From a virus (taxonomy: Duplodnaviria; Caudoviricetes): a stretch of 24,590 bases of DNA. Numbering within the stretch: the stretch's first letter is position 1; every line of letters begins with the position of its first letter. The stretch is from IMG/VR virus record IMGVR_UViG_3300011334_000048, positions 1 through 24,590 of that record; one strand, given 5' to 3'. Under the pieces are notes generated by a model that searched no databases, was not told where the DNA came from, and saw only the letters and a list, made by a program, of their open reading frames with translations. The translations under genes were made by a program, and so were the position numbers. Shown here piece by piece: positions 16,209 through 23,998 of the stretch.

Positions 16209-16514
16209 TTACAAGTAGTAGCTAATGTTTAACTTAGCGCCACCAACCTGTTCAATAAACTTGATGTTGGTTAGGTCACCATCATACTGCAAAGGTATTC
16301 CAACTGCCAAAGGCATACCGACAGATGACGATGGCGATGTGCCATCGTCGCGCCAGCGAACAGCTTGACCTTCAGCAACAATCAATGCAAACACTGGTTT
16401 GCCATTTTGACCGTTTGGAGTTGTTTGGGGAACTGTCAAATTGGCCGCACTAGATAAGCTGGTAATTTGCTGGTAACCCATGCAGGTCGTTACAGCTTTT
16501 AAATTCATGGTCAT
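16209..16514 (-). CDS. Hypothetical small beta-rich protein, 101 aa
   Basis: Tightly packed ORF; AVRWRDDG..P....GMPL motif. Confidence 0.8.
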   Translation of the reverse strand: MTMNLKAVTTCMGYQQITSLSSAANLTVPQTTPNGQNGKPVFALIVAEGQAVRWRDDGTSPSSSVGMPLAVGIPLQYDGDLTNIKFIEQVGGAKLNISYYL

Positions 16515-16516
16515 AA

Positions 16517-17836
16517 TTAAAATCTCCGAGGTTGAGTGAATGAGCGCAAACGCATTGTAATTTCATTGCCAATGCTAGGGGTGGTGCTAAAAAGCCAACC
16601 TGTGTTGTTGCCCACGTCCACGTTTGTTATAGCCAAAGCATCAAAAATTGCTCCACCAGTGGCGTTGCTGTCTTGAACGGTCAAATACTCTACCGTGACA
16701 GTTCCGCTTGCTTGTGACAATGTAGCTTGCGATCCAAATGTTGTGCTTAACAAATACTTAGCGTTTGTGCCCGATGTGGCAAATGCCCCTACGGTGTTTG
16801 TTGTGCCCGACTTGAGTTGTAACGTGCCATTAATCATTGTCAACGCTCGGGTAGAGCCTAGCGTCAGGGCATCTTGGAGTTGGAATATGCCACCTACACC
16901 GTTGAAGGTGACGGGGAAATCAAGTGTCTTGCCGTTAGTGGTAATGTTCTGGGAAGTGGTTGTGGCAAACGTAGTTATTTCCGTTCCAGAGCCAACAGTC
17001 ATTCCTGCTGCAAGTGTGTAGCTGCCGTGGACTGTTTGTTGAGAATTGGTAAACGTACCCGTAAAACCCGTGAAATCTATAGTGCCCACACGGCGGCTTG
17101 TGGCTGTAAAAGTAACTGTATCTGAACCACCATTGATGTAAAAATTTAATGCCGTAGCTTCAGTGCTCGTTGTGGTTGTGCTTGGATTAAATGTTCGTGT
17201 GCCAGATGTTGCAGGGCCAAGGGCTTCAATACGGGATGTTCCTGTGTAAGTAAAACCCGTGCCAGTTGCATTATTCCAAACAGTTGCGCCAGTACCTGTC
17301 AATACAATCTTGCCTGTACCAAAAGCCAATACTCTGGTATTGCTATTGTTTGAACTAAATTGCCCCGTAGTCAGTGTATAACTTACCAAATTCAGCGTTC
17401 CGTTGGTTAACGTGGCAGTACGAGTAGCGCCTAAAGTTAATGCCGAGGCAAGTTGAAAAGTACCACCTACACCGTTAAATGTAATAGACGCCGAAATACT
17501 AACACCATTGGTAGTAATTGTATTTGTGCCAGAGGTGGCAGCAAAAGTTATTGTTCCTGTAGCATTCCAAACAGTTGCCGAAACTAAAGACAACGAACCG
17601 CTAATGGCAAGAGTTCCAGTACTAGAAAAAGTTACTGTACCTGCCGACACTGTGAAGTTTAGACAAGTTAGCGCACCCGTCAAAGTAACGGTGTAGGTGC
17701 TGGATTGGTCAAAAATTACCGAATCAGACGCAGTAGGAACAGATGCGCCACTGGCTCCCCCAGAAGACGCAGACCAGTTGGTTGTGGATGTGGTGTTCCA
17801 TGTACCCGTTCCACCAACCCAATATCTATCTGCCAT
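16517..17836 (-). CDS. Thr/Gly/Ser-rich beta-solenoid (adhesin/autotransporter-passenger-like) protein, 439 aa
   Basis: GAGGAG SD; RYWVGGTGTW..NW..SGG...VP...D.V.FD N-terminus; internal 44-aa repeat; GNNTGW near the C-terminus. Confidence 0.8.
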   Translation of the reverse strand: MADRYWVGGTGTWNTTSTTNWSASSGGASGASVPTASDSVIFDQSSTYTVTLTGALTCLNFTVSAGTVTFSSTGTLAISGSLSLVSATVWNATGTITFAATSGTNTITTNGVSISASITFNGVGGTFQLASALTLGATRTATLTNGTLNLVSYTLTTGQFSSNNSNTRVLAFGTGKIVLTGTGATVWNNATGTGFTYTGTSRIEALGPATSGTRTFNPSTTTTSTEATALNFYINGGSDTVTFTATSRRVGTIDFTGFTGTFTNSQQTVHGSYTLAAGMTVGSGTEITTFATTTSQNITTNGKTLDFPVTFNGVGGIFQLQDALTLGSTRALTMINGTLQLKSGTTNTVGAFATSGTNAKYLLSTTFGSQATLSQASGTVTVEYLTVQDSNATGGAIFDALAITNVDVGNNTGWLFSTTPSIGNEITMRLRSFTQPRRF

Positions 17837-17838
17837 GA

Positions 17839-18009
17839 TTACTCCTCGACAGGCTCGTCAACAACAGGAGGTGGGTTCTTGACATAATTATCCCACTTGT
17901 CGTATCGGGCTTGCTTCATCGCTTCAATCTCAGCATCAGTCAGACCATGGTTATCCGCTAGATGCAAAGCATCAGTAAATCCGTTGATGGTGAAGTCAAT
18001 TTTTATCAC
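17839..18009 (-). CDS. Hypothetical protein, 56 aa (MIKIDFTINGFTDALHLADNHGLTDAEIEAMKQARYDKW...), not in the ORF track
   Basis: GTGA overlap with the upstream stop; fills the gap exactly; its last codons provide the SD of the next gene. Confidence 0.75.
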   Translation of the reverse strand: MIKIDFTINGFTDALHLADNHGLTDAEIEAMKQARYDKWDNYVKNPPPVVDEPVEE

Positions 18010-18368
18010 GCCAAAAACCTCAACTTGTACAGGGTTCGCAGATATATCTCAACAATGTTATCAATCAACTGTTGTAATGATGAATCAGTTTTATCACACA
18101 CATCGTAACGAGCGCCTTCAATTTCAGCAAGTGAATCTTGCAAAAACTCAATAATGTTAGATGTCTTTTTTGCCGAATTTAAAGTAATAGGGCCAATCAA
18201 ACCATAGCGGCCTTGGTACGCTTCAGCAAAGTCATCAGCCGCACCAATGATGCGCTCATAAAAAATATTGAGTGCTATGTGCTTGCTGTAGCTGCGAGTG
18301 TTCAAGTGCACAGAATGTGCAACATCCCGTGCCAAAAACAGCAAGCCTAAAAATTCATTTGCTTTCAT
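18006..18368 (-). CDS. Dps/ferritin-like four-helix protein (DUF5856-like), 120 aa
   Basis: AHSVHL..SYSKHIALNIFYE....ADDFAEAYQG resembles the Dps H..H....H...Y...D..AE pattern; ATGA-coupled to the portal gene. Confidence 0.7.
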   Translation of the reverse strand: MKANEFLGLLFLARDVAHSVHLNTRSYSKHIALNIFYERIIGAADDFAEAYQGRYGLIGPITLNSAKKTSNIIEFLQDSLAEIEGARYDVCDKTDSSLQQLIDNIVEIYLRTLYKLRFLA

Positions 18369-20533
18369 TGTGGTATTCCCATTTCTTCTTCGGGCATCAT
18401 CTCCATAGGCTCTTCACGCATCTCTGGCATTTGGTTCATCATGTCTTGCGACTCCATCGCCGCAGCAACCACACCCATAGCAATATCTTGGATTTGTTGC
18501 TCAGTCATGCTAGCCTGCACCGCAGAAATCCGCTTGGTTTCGGCTTCGTACATCTTAACTTCGGCTTCAAAGTCTTTACGTTGCTGCTCTTGCACCTCAA
18601 TAGACTTGCCGACGTTTTGGATCATCTGGTGCATTTGTTCCATCTCTTGACCCATCGCTTGCATCTGCTGCTCGGCCATTTGCAACTCTGGTGACTTGTC
18701 GCCATCTTCCATGAGCTTGGGATCAATAGTCTTGGCAAAGCGTTTGGCCATCTCTTGGGCACCAGGCCAGTCCATGTTCTTCACAAACAAGTCCCCTGCC
18801 ACTTGCCACAGTTGGGGGTTACCCTGTAACAGTTGAGCCATTGCTTCCAAGGCCTCTTGGCGTTTGGTTGCGTAACCTGGGCCTGTGGCCACCACCACGT
18901 CGTACTTGCCGACGCTTGGGTTGTAAATTTTGTCAATTACTATGTCGCCTTGCATGATCTTCTTGACGGCTTCAGGCTGATCAGGGTTTAACTTGACCAT
19001 ATCGGTGTCACCGTCTATGCCAATGATGCGAGCCACACGCTGGGTGTCGTACACCTTGGGGATCAAGTCCACAAGCTGGCGCACAATGTGACGCACACCA
19101 CGGGCTAAGTTGTCACCGTAGTGGTAAGTACCAACATCACCCTCGCGCTGACGCGCAAGAATGGCTTTGCCGCTGCGTTCATTGGAAGTCATGCCCAAAG
19201 ATGCGTTGTATTGGCCAGTAGATGCCTTAATGTCCTCAGATGCGCCTGCTTTGGCCTGCAACAGCCCGCTGGAGGCCATTGGCGGCTGCGCACGCTGGGG
19301 TAGTGGCAGTGTAGCGCCCGCGCCGTCTGTAACGTCTGGATTGACTTCCAAGTACGGCCAGTTGGTCGTGTTGGCAGTCTTCCACTGGTTCTCATAACCT
19401 TCAAACTGACCACCGTAGCCAATAAATGGCGCTTTGGGTGCAAGGGCCAGCATCTCTGCCTCTTGGCTCACCCAGTAGTTGTACATACGCTGAGCATCCT
19501 TGGCGTTTCGCACCAAGCCCGACACGTACAAGCGGCCATCAACCTCAAACTCATTACCAACAATGCGAACTACGGGGATGTATTTCCCCGCCCACTCACG
19601 CTCTTCAAGAATTTCATAGCCGTTAATCTTGCAGTATTTAATCTTGACACGATCCGATTCACGAGATCTTTTAGGTTTGCCATAAATTGCTTTCAGTTGT
19701 TTATCTTCTAAAGTGCCTTCAAATGCGGTCACGTTCCCAGGGTACATATTAAGCGTTGCTCTGTCGTAATCTACATAGTAGTAGTCAGCAACGCGGATGG
19801 TGTCTTCCATAAGCCATTGGCTTAGATTTTGGTCACCCACACCCAGCGTTTGCAAGGTGGTAATGGGTGCGGAGTCGGGATACATCCGCTGGTATTCGTC
19901 TTTGGTAATGTCTTCAGTAACGAAACACCATTTGGCGTCTGCACCAGTTGGGTCTTGGATGGTTGGGTCCATGTAGACGCTGAATGAGTTGCGTACACGG
20001 CCAATCTTGATGTCTTGATCAAACGTGTTTTCGTCGCAGTATTCAGTCAGGATGCGGATGTAACCTTCGCCGTAGGAGACTTGGTTTTCGCAGGCCGTGT
20101 CGTAAGCAACGTCGGCGTCTGATATGTACTCAATGTGTCTGACCATTCCATTGAAGATTTCTGCAACTTCAACGTCTGCATGGTCGTCGGCTGGAATAAC
20201 TTTGCCACTTGGGCGGTTTTGTCTTTGGTCATTGGTCACCTGTCTTACGTGCTGGGGTAACTTATTGATCGTCAGACACGGTCTGGCGTTAATCGTTTGA
20301 CCTTGCACCGCACCACGGGTTGCCAACACATCTGCTGGCCACTGCCAACGGTTGTCAGGCGAGCCAGCGTAGAACTTCAGGTCGTCGATTTCATCTTCAC
20401 GCGATTCAGACAACGCGCCAATGGCCATGTCCAAACGCGAGCGAGCAGTCGCTAAGATACTAGACGATGAGTCCTTGTCCTTGCCACCGTTGGCCACAGC
20501 ACCGGCTGCGGCGATGCCTGTGTAATCAGCCAT
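18365..20533 (-). CDS. Portal protein (P22 gp1-like), 722 aa
   Basis: QWP....R.....RPCLTINKL, GLVRNAKDAQRMYN, SNERSGKAILARQ, GKYDVVV.TGPGYATKRQEA; Gln/Met-rich C-terminal barrel helix. Confidence 0.93.
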   Translation of the reverse strand: MADYTGIAAAGAVANGGKDKDSSSSILATARSRLDMAIGALSESREDEIDDLKFYAGSPDNRWQWPADVLATRGAVQGQTINARPCLTINKLPQHVRQVTNDQRQNRPSGKVIPADDHADVEVAEIFNGMVRHIEYISDADVAYDTACENQVSYGEGYIRILTEYCDENTFDQDIKIGRVRNSFSVYMDPTIQDPTGADAKWCFVTEDITKDEYQRMYPDSAPITTLQTLGVGDQNLSQWLMEDTIRVADYYYVDYDRATLNMYPGNVTAFEGTLEDKQLKAIYGKPKRSRESDRVKIKYCKINGYEILEEREWAGKYIPVVRIVGNEFEVDGRLYVSGLVRNAKDAQRMYNYWVSQEAEMLALAPKAPFIGYGGQFEGYENQWKTANTTNWPYLEVNPDVTDGAGATLPLPQRAQPPMASSGLLQAKAGASEDIKASTGQYNASLGMTSNERSGKAILARQREGDVGTYHYGDNLARGVRHIVRQLVDLIPKVYDTQRVARIIGIDGDTDMVKLNPDQPEAVKKIMQGDIVIDKIYNPSVGKYDVVVATGPGYATKRQEALEAMAQLLQGNPQLWQVAGDLFVKNMDWPGAQEMAKRFAKTIDPKLMEDGDKSPELQMAEQQMQAMGQEMEQMHQMIQNVGKSIEVQEQQRKDFEAEVKMYEAETKRISAVQASMTEQQIQDIAMGVVAAAMESQDMMNQMPEMREEPMEMMPEEEMGIPQ

Positions 20534-20670
20534 TATTTCTTCTTCTTTTCTGCTTCGCGCTTGACTGCATACGCAATTGCCACGGCCTGTTTCACCGGCT
20601 TACCAGCTTTAACTTCCGCTTTGATGTTCTTGCGGAAGGCTTCGGGTGTTTTTGATTTAACGAGTGGCAT
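20533..20670 (-). CDS. Small Lys-rich protein, 45 aa (MPLVKSK...GKPVKQAVAIAY)
   Basis: Start reassigned to 20670, just after the upstream TAA; TAATG overlap with the portal gene. Confidence 0.75.
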   Translation of the reverse strand: MPLVKSKTPEAFRKNIKAEVKAGKPVKQAVAIAYAVKREAEKKKK

Positions 20671-20671
20671 G

Positions 20672-20824
20672 TTATTTCTTCTTTGCAGTTTTAGCTGACT
20701 CTTTAAACGCCTTGGCAGTCGGCGCACCTTCAGCGCCTGGCTTTCTCATCTTCTCTTTACTGCCCGCAGCGATACGCTCGCGCTTGGCGTGAATGTTTGC
20801 ATAGAGTCCAGGTTTGGTAGCCAT
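20672..20824 (-). CDS. Small Lys-rich protein, 50 aa (MATKPGLYANIHAKRERIAAGSKEKMRKPG...), not in the ORF track
   Basis: Read manually; 1 nt from the neighbouring gene on each side. Confidence 0.8.
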   Translation of the reverse strand: MATKPGLYANIHAKRERIAAGSKEKMRKPGAEGAPTAKAFKESAKTAKKK

Positions 20825-20825
20825 G

Positions 20826-21080
20826 TCAACACTTCCATCTTTTAAGAGCTGCTTTAGCGCGTTCGCCGTCTTTGGCGTTGGCCGCTACAGCGCCCATTCT
20901 TGCACAAAATGAATCTTTACGGCCTTGGTCTGCCTTGGTCTTAGGGTTGGGTGCAGGTGCCTTAAGGTTAGAACCCGTTGCCGCATTGTACTTCTCGCGT
21001 CCTTTGGCAGTCAAACCAGCCCCCTTGGATGTGGGTAGCTTCTCGCCTCGACCTACTGACAGAGATACTTTTTTTGTCAT
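20826..21080 (-). CDS. Small basic protein (DUF6321-like), 84 aa
   Basis: GLTAKGREKYN..TGSNLKAP...RKDSFCARM...ALKRWKC; ATGA overlap with the terL stop places the start at 21080. Confidence 0.75.
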   Translation of the reverse strand: MTKKVSLSVGRGEKLPTSKGAGLTAKGREKYNAATGSNLKAPAPNPKTKADQGRKDSFCARMGAVAANAKDGERAKAALKRWKC

Positions 21081-22600
21081 GATCCCATCCATGATGCGTT
21101 GACCCCACTACCCTGCATGTTTACGCGGCGGGTTGGCTCAACATACTGCCGATGTGCTACAGGAAATGCAAATGTAACAGCAATTGCGTCGGCGGCATCT
21201 GGGGACGCCAGCCCACGCGACTTCATGTCTTTCTTGCTTTCCAAAAAAATTGTTCCACGTGAATCAGGCTTCATCATAGGCGAAATTAAATCAGTTTTCA
21301 AGAACCGATCATTAGGAATGGCGGCGGTTTTTAGCCACTCCCTCATGTCGCCCCACATCTGCGCACGCATATTGCCGTACATGATCGGGTTTTTGGCCTT
21401 GTTTCCAAAGTTCACGCCCTTGATTTTGTACCGCTGCTCTTTGAGCCGATCCACAATCCCAGCGCCTAAGCCACCTTCGTCTATGACTACTAAAACAGGT
21501 TTGTACTCTTCAATCGCCTCAATCACGTGCCCCACCACCGTCATAGTGTCGTCGCCTCGATGGCGCATTATCTTCACAATATCGCGCCCCTGCCGCACCG
21601 CGATGACCGTGGCATCCGCTCCAAACCGTGCGGGGTCTACGCCAATCACAATAGGTGCGCTCAGGTCTTGGTACTTGGTGCGTTTCATCGCATCGTCCAC
21701 TATGTCAGCCCCAATGAACTGGTCATCGCCCGCGTTGGGGAACTGACCGTACACCTCGACGTGCGCCTGCGCCGAGTCTGGCCCATATTCATCAATAATC
21801 CGCTGATAGACCGCTTTGTCGGTGCCCTCGACCGTGCGGGCGTCCACCACACGAGTGCGCCAGAACTCTCTTTTACTGTTAAACGCTTCGTAGAAGTACC
21901 CCGTGTTGCGCCGTGGGTTGGAAAACGCCATCCAGAAGCGATTTGGCGTGTTTTCTGTAAAGAAACCACCAGTCACCGCCCAAATTGAGTCGTCAATACC
22001 TGATGCTTCGTCAAAAACCACCAACACACCATCAAAATTGTGCACACCAGCGTACGCATCAGGGTTTTCCGCTGACCATAAGCGTCCCTCGACGCCCCAG
22101 TAGCGGGTGCCCTTCTTTAAATCCCGTTCCACAAGCTCAGTCAACCACTTGGCTGGCATCACACGGGTGGCTGAAACCTCAAACCAGTGGCTGTTAATCG
22201 ACATCGCTAGCCATTTTGTGATCTCGGCCCAGGTGATACTGCGGAGCTGGGACTCACTGTTAGCCGATATGATGGTCGTCGAGCCAATCCTGGTGGCCAC
22301 CATCCATATAGTTATCCAACTGACCAGTGCCGACTTACCAATACCACGGCCAGACGATATGGCCTCTTGCAATACGCCAAAATCCAGCTTACTCTGGTTT
22401 AGTTTGATGTGCTCCGCAATATCCAACAGCACCTCGCGCTGCCATTTGCGCGGGCCTTGGAAGTTTTCTAGCGGCGTACCCTTGACACCCCACGGAAACG
22501 CAAACATTACAAACGCCAGCGGGTTGTCCTTGATGGCCGGACTCCAGAGTCTGGCCATCAGTTCCTGTTCGTCTTCAGCGCTGTAGATGGTGTTCTGCAT
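21077..22600 (-). CDS. terL: Terminase large subunit, 507 aa
   Basis: Walker A SGRGIGKS, Walker B VLVVFDEA, FSNP coupling motif, nuclease IGVDPARFGAD and SPDAADA. Confidence 0.95.
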   Translation of the reverse strand: MQNTIYSAEDEQELMARLWSPAIKDNPLAFVMFAFPWGVKGTPLENFQGPRKWQREVLLDIAEHIKLNQSKLDFGVLQEAISSGRGIGKSALVSWITIWMVATRIGSTTIISANSESQLRSITWAEITKWLAMSINSHWFEVSATRVMPAKWLTELVERDLKKGTRYWGVEGRLWSAENPDAYAGVHNFDGVLVVFDEASGIDDSIWAVTGGFFTENTPNRFWMAFSNPRRNTGYFYEAFNSKREFWRTRVVDARTVEGTDKAVYQRIIDEYGPDSAQAHVEVYGQFPNAGDDQFIGADIVDDAMKRTKYQDLSAPIVIGVDPARFGADATVIAVRQGRDIVKIMRHRGDDTMTVVGHVIEAIEEYKPVLVVIDEGGLGAGIVDRLKEQRYKIKGVNFGNKAKNPIMYGNMRAQMWGDMREWLKTAAIPNDRFLKTDLISPMMKPDSRGTIFLESKKDMKSRGLASPDAADAIAVTFAFPVAHRQYVEPTRRVNMQGSGVNASWMGS

Positions 22601-23021
22601 GTGTCTCTTGTTCTAAGCGTGGGCTTGGTTCGTTAGCAATTACATCAATTACCCGTGACTCCGCTTGGCGCAACGCGCCGATGATGCTGATGCGCTGATC
22701 GACATCTATGCTGATGGACTGCTTGGCCACCCAGCCGTGTGAGTGTTGCAGGATTGCCAGCGCCGCCTTGGCGTCGCCTTCGGTTGCTGCTTTGTGCAAA
22801 CACTTGGACATCTCCAGCTCGCCGTCGGCTTTGCCCTTGAGCGCCGCCATGTCCGCGACGGGGTCTAGCTCGCACAGTTGCCGATACTCGGTAGGCAACA
22901 TGCCGGAGGCCAGCGCCAATGCGTCGCCCTTGAGGCCGAGCTTGGCGGCTTCGTAGATTTTGTTTAGCCGTGCTTCGGTTGCAACAACCTTGCGCGGCTC
23001 AAATGGAAGACTGTGAAACAT
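22575..23021 (-). CDS. terS: Putative terminase small subunit, 148 aa
   Basis: First gene of the operon, overlaps terL; HTH-like N-terminus and GDAKAALAIL oligomerisation helix. Confidence 0.7.
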   Translation of the reverse strand: MFHSLPFEPRKVVATEARLNKIYEAAKLGLKGDALALASGMLPTEYRQLCELDPVADMAALKGKADGELEMSKCLHKAATEGDAKAALAILQHSHGWVAKQSISIDVDQRISIIGALRQAESRVIDVIANEPSPRLEQETHAEHHLQR

Positions 23022-23028
23022 GTGCTCG

Positions 23029-23057
23029 AATATACCAAACGTGGGTCATGTGGGCAA
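23029..23057 (-). promoter_or_regulatory. Putative sigma70-type late promoter
   Basis: TTGCCC (23057-23052), 17-bp spacer, TG-G-TATATT (23037-23029); 7 nt separate it from the terS ATG. Confidence 0.55.
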
Positions 23058-23167
23058 TTATTTTGAAACTTGGGGTCGTGTAGCCATTTTTTAAAAATAA
23101 AAAAAAATTGTTTGTGATCCCTTCGTTACCGTGACCCATCGGCCACCGGCCCTACCCCCCTCCCCCT

Positions 23168-23345
23168 AAGTTAGTGAGCACTTACTTACAGCACTAAGTT
23201 AGTGAGTGCTAACTAACATCCACAAGTTAGTGGCCGCTAACTTAGGCGAAGTGAGTGCATACTAACTTAGCCTGGCGAAGTGAGTGCATACTAACTTGGT
23301 TATGTTAGTGGGTACTAACTTGGGTATGTTAGTGGCTACTAACCT
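23168..23345. repeat. Array of seven 20-bp imperfect palindromes, consensus AAGTTAGT-GNNY-ACTAACTT
   Basis: Copies start at 23168, 23196, 23224, 23249, 23278, 23302 and 23326. Confidence 0.92.
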
Positions 23346-23370
23346 ATGGCCATATGCTTATCAAAAGCAT

Positions 23371-23576
23371 AATGTAGGCAATGTAGGCAATGTTGTCATC
23401 CGTTTTTAGTCGCTGGCCAAACGTGATCCCATACCTATCTATTAGCACTATAGTACTACACATATTAATTTTTCAAGATAATTACAAACAATGACAATAT
23501 GACCCACAAACAAGCAAAAAATCAATGGCCACAAGGTTTTTTTGTAGGTCATTCGCGGCCGTGTCAATCGCCTACA
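23371..23576. repeat. Direct and inverted copies of a TGTRGGYVAT motif around an AT-rich core (origin-like)
   Basis: aatgtaggc x2 plus aatgttgtc (23371-23397); inverted atgacaatatgacccaca (23491-23508); tgtaggtcat (23543) and inverted atcgcctaca (23567). Confidence 0.6.
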
Positions 23577-23599
23577 CTTAGCCCAAAACGCCCACACAA

Positions 23600-23618
23600 T
23601 ATAGGGTAAACACCTATA
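23600..23618. promoter_or_regulatory. Operator-like palindrome TATAGG-GTAAACA-CCTATA
   Basis: Perfect 6-bp arms ~90 bp upstream of the first plus-strand gene. Confidence 0.45.
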
Positions 23619-23680
23619 GATTTATGTAAATAATTCCCTTACGCTATCAGTGCGCGCAAGCGCAGCAAGCCCTATTCTCA

Positions 23681-23708
23681 AATCAACTACAGGAAAGTAC
23701 AGCATGAA
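23681..23708 (+). repeat. 28-bp direct repeat, copy 1 (leader, SD and start codon)
   Basis: AATCAACTACAGGAAAGTACAGCATGAA, identical to 23971-23998. Confidence 0.95.
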
Positions 23709-23967
23709 GATTATTAAATTTAACACCGGCCGCGAATATTCCGAGCATGGCCAGCGCATTGTGGCCATGCAATTAGACAATGGCCATATTATTTTGGTCG
23801 ATCTAGATCGGCATATTGACCTTATGTTATTGGCCGGTGTCGGTTTTAATCAGCTCGAAATTATGCAAGCCTACGATCACGCGTGGCAAACATACCCCGA
23901 AAAAATCGGCATGTCATACAGTGAATACTACGATATCGTGCGCGAGCTGCGCGAGCTGGCCGCTTAA
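23704..23967 (+). CDS. Hypothetical early protein, 87 aa (MKIIKFNTGREYSEHGQRIVA...)
   Basis: AGGA SD then ATG 23704; start reassigned from 23650. Confidence 0.8.
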   Translation: MKIIKFNTGREYSEHGQRIVAMQLDNGHIILVDLDRHIDLMLLAGVGFNQLEIMQAYDHAWQTYPEKIGMSYSEYYDIVRELRELAA

Positions 23968-23970
23968 TTC

Positions 23971-23998
23971 AATCAACTACAGGAAAGTACAGCATGAA
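23971..23998 (+). repeat. 28-bp direct repeat, copy 2
   Basis: Identical to 23681-23708. Confidence 0.95.

Noticed and set aside
14398-17836. Diversity-generating retroelement or invertible tail-fibre switch
   Set aside because: No reverse transcriptase or invertase, and no adenine-specific TR/VR pair seen; the internal repeats are protein-level and diverged
23168-23345. CRISPR or mini-CRISPR array
   Set aside because: Gaps between repeats are only 4-9 bp, the repeats are 20 bp and degenerate, and there are no cas genes in the window
23022-23703. tRNA or known structured ncRNA in the intergenic region
   Set aside because: No cloverleaf or T-loop signature recognised by eye; an Infernal/Rfam scan is needed to exclude other families
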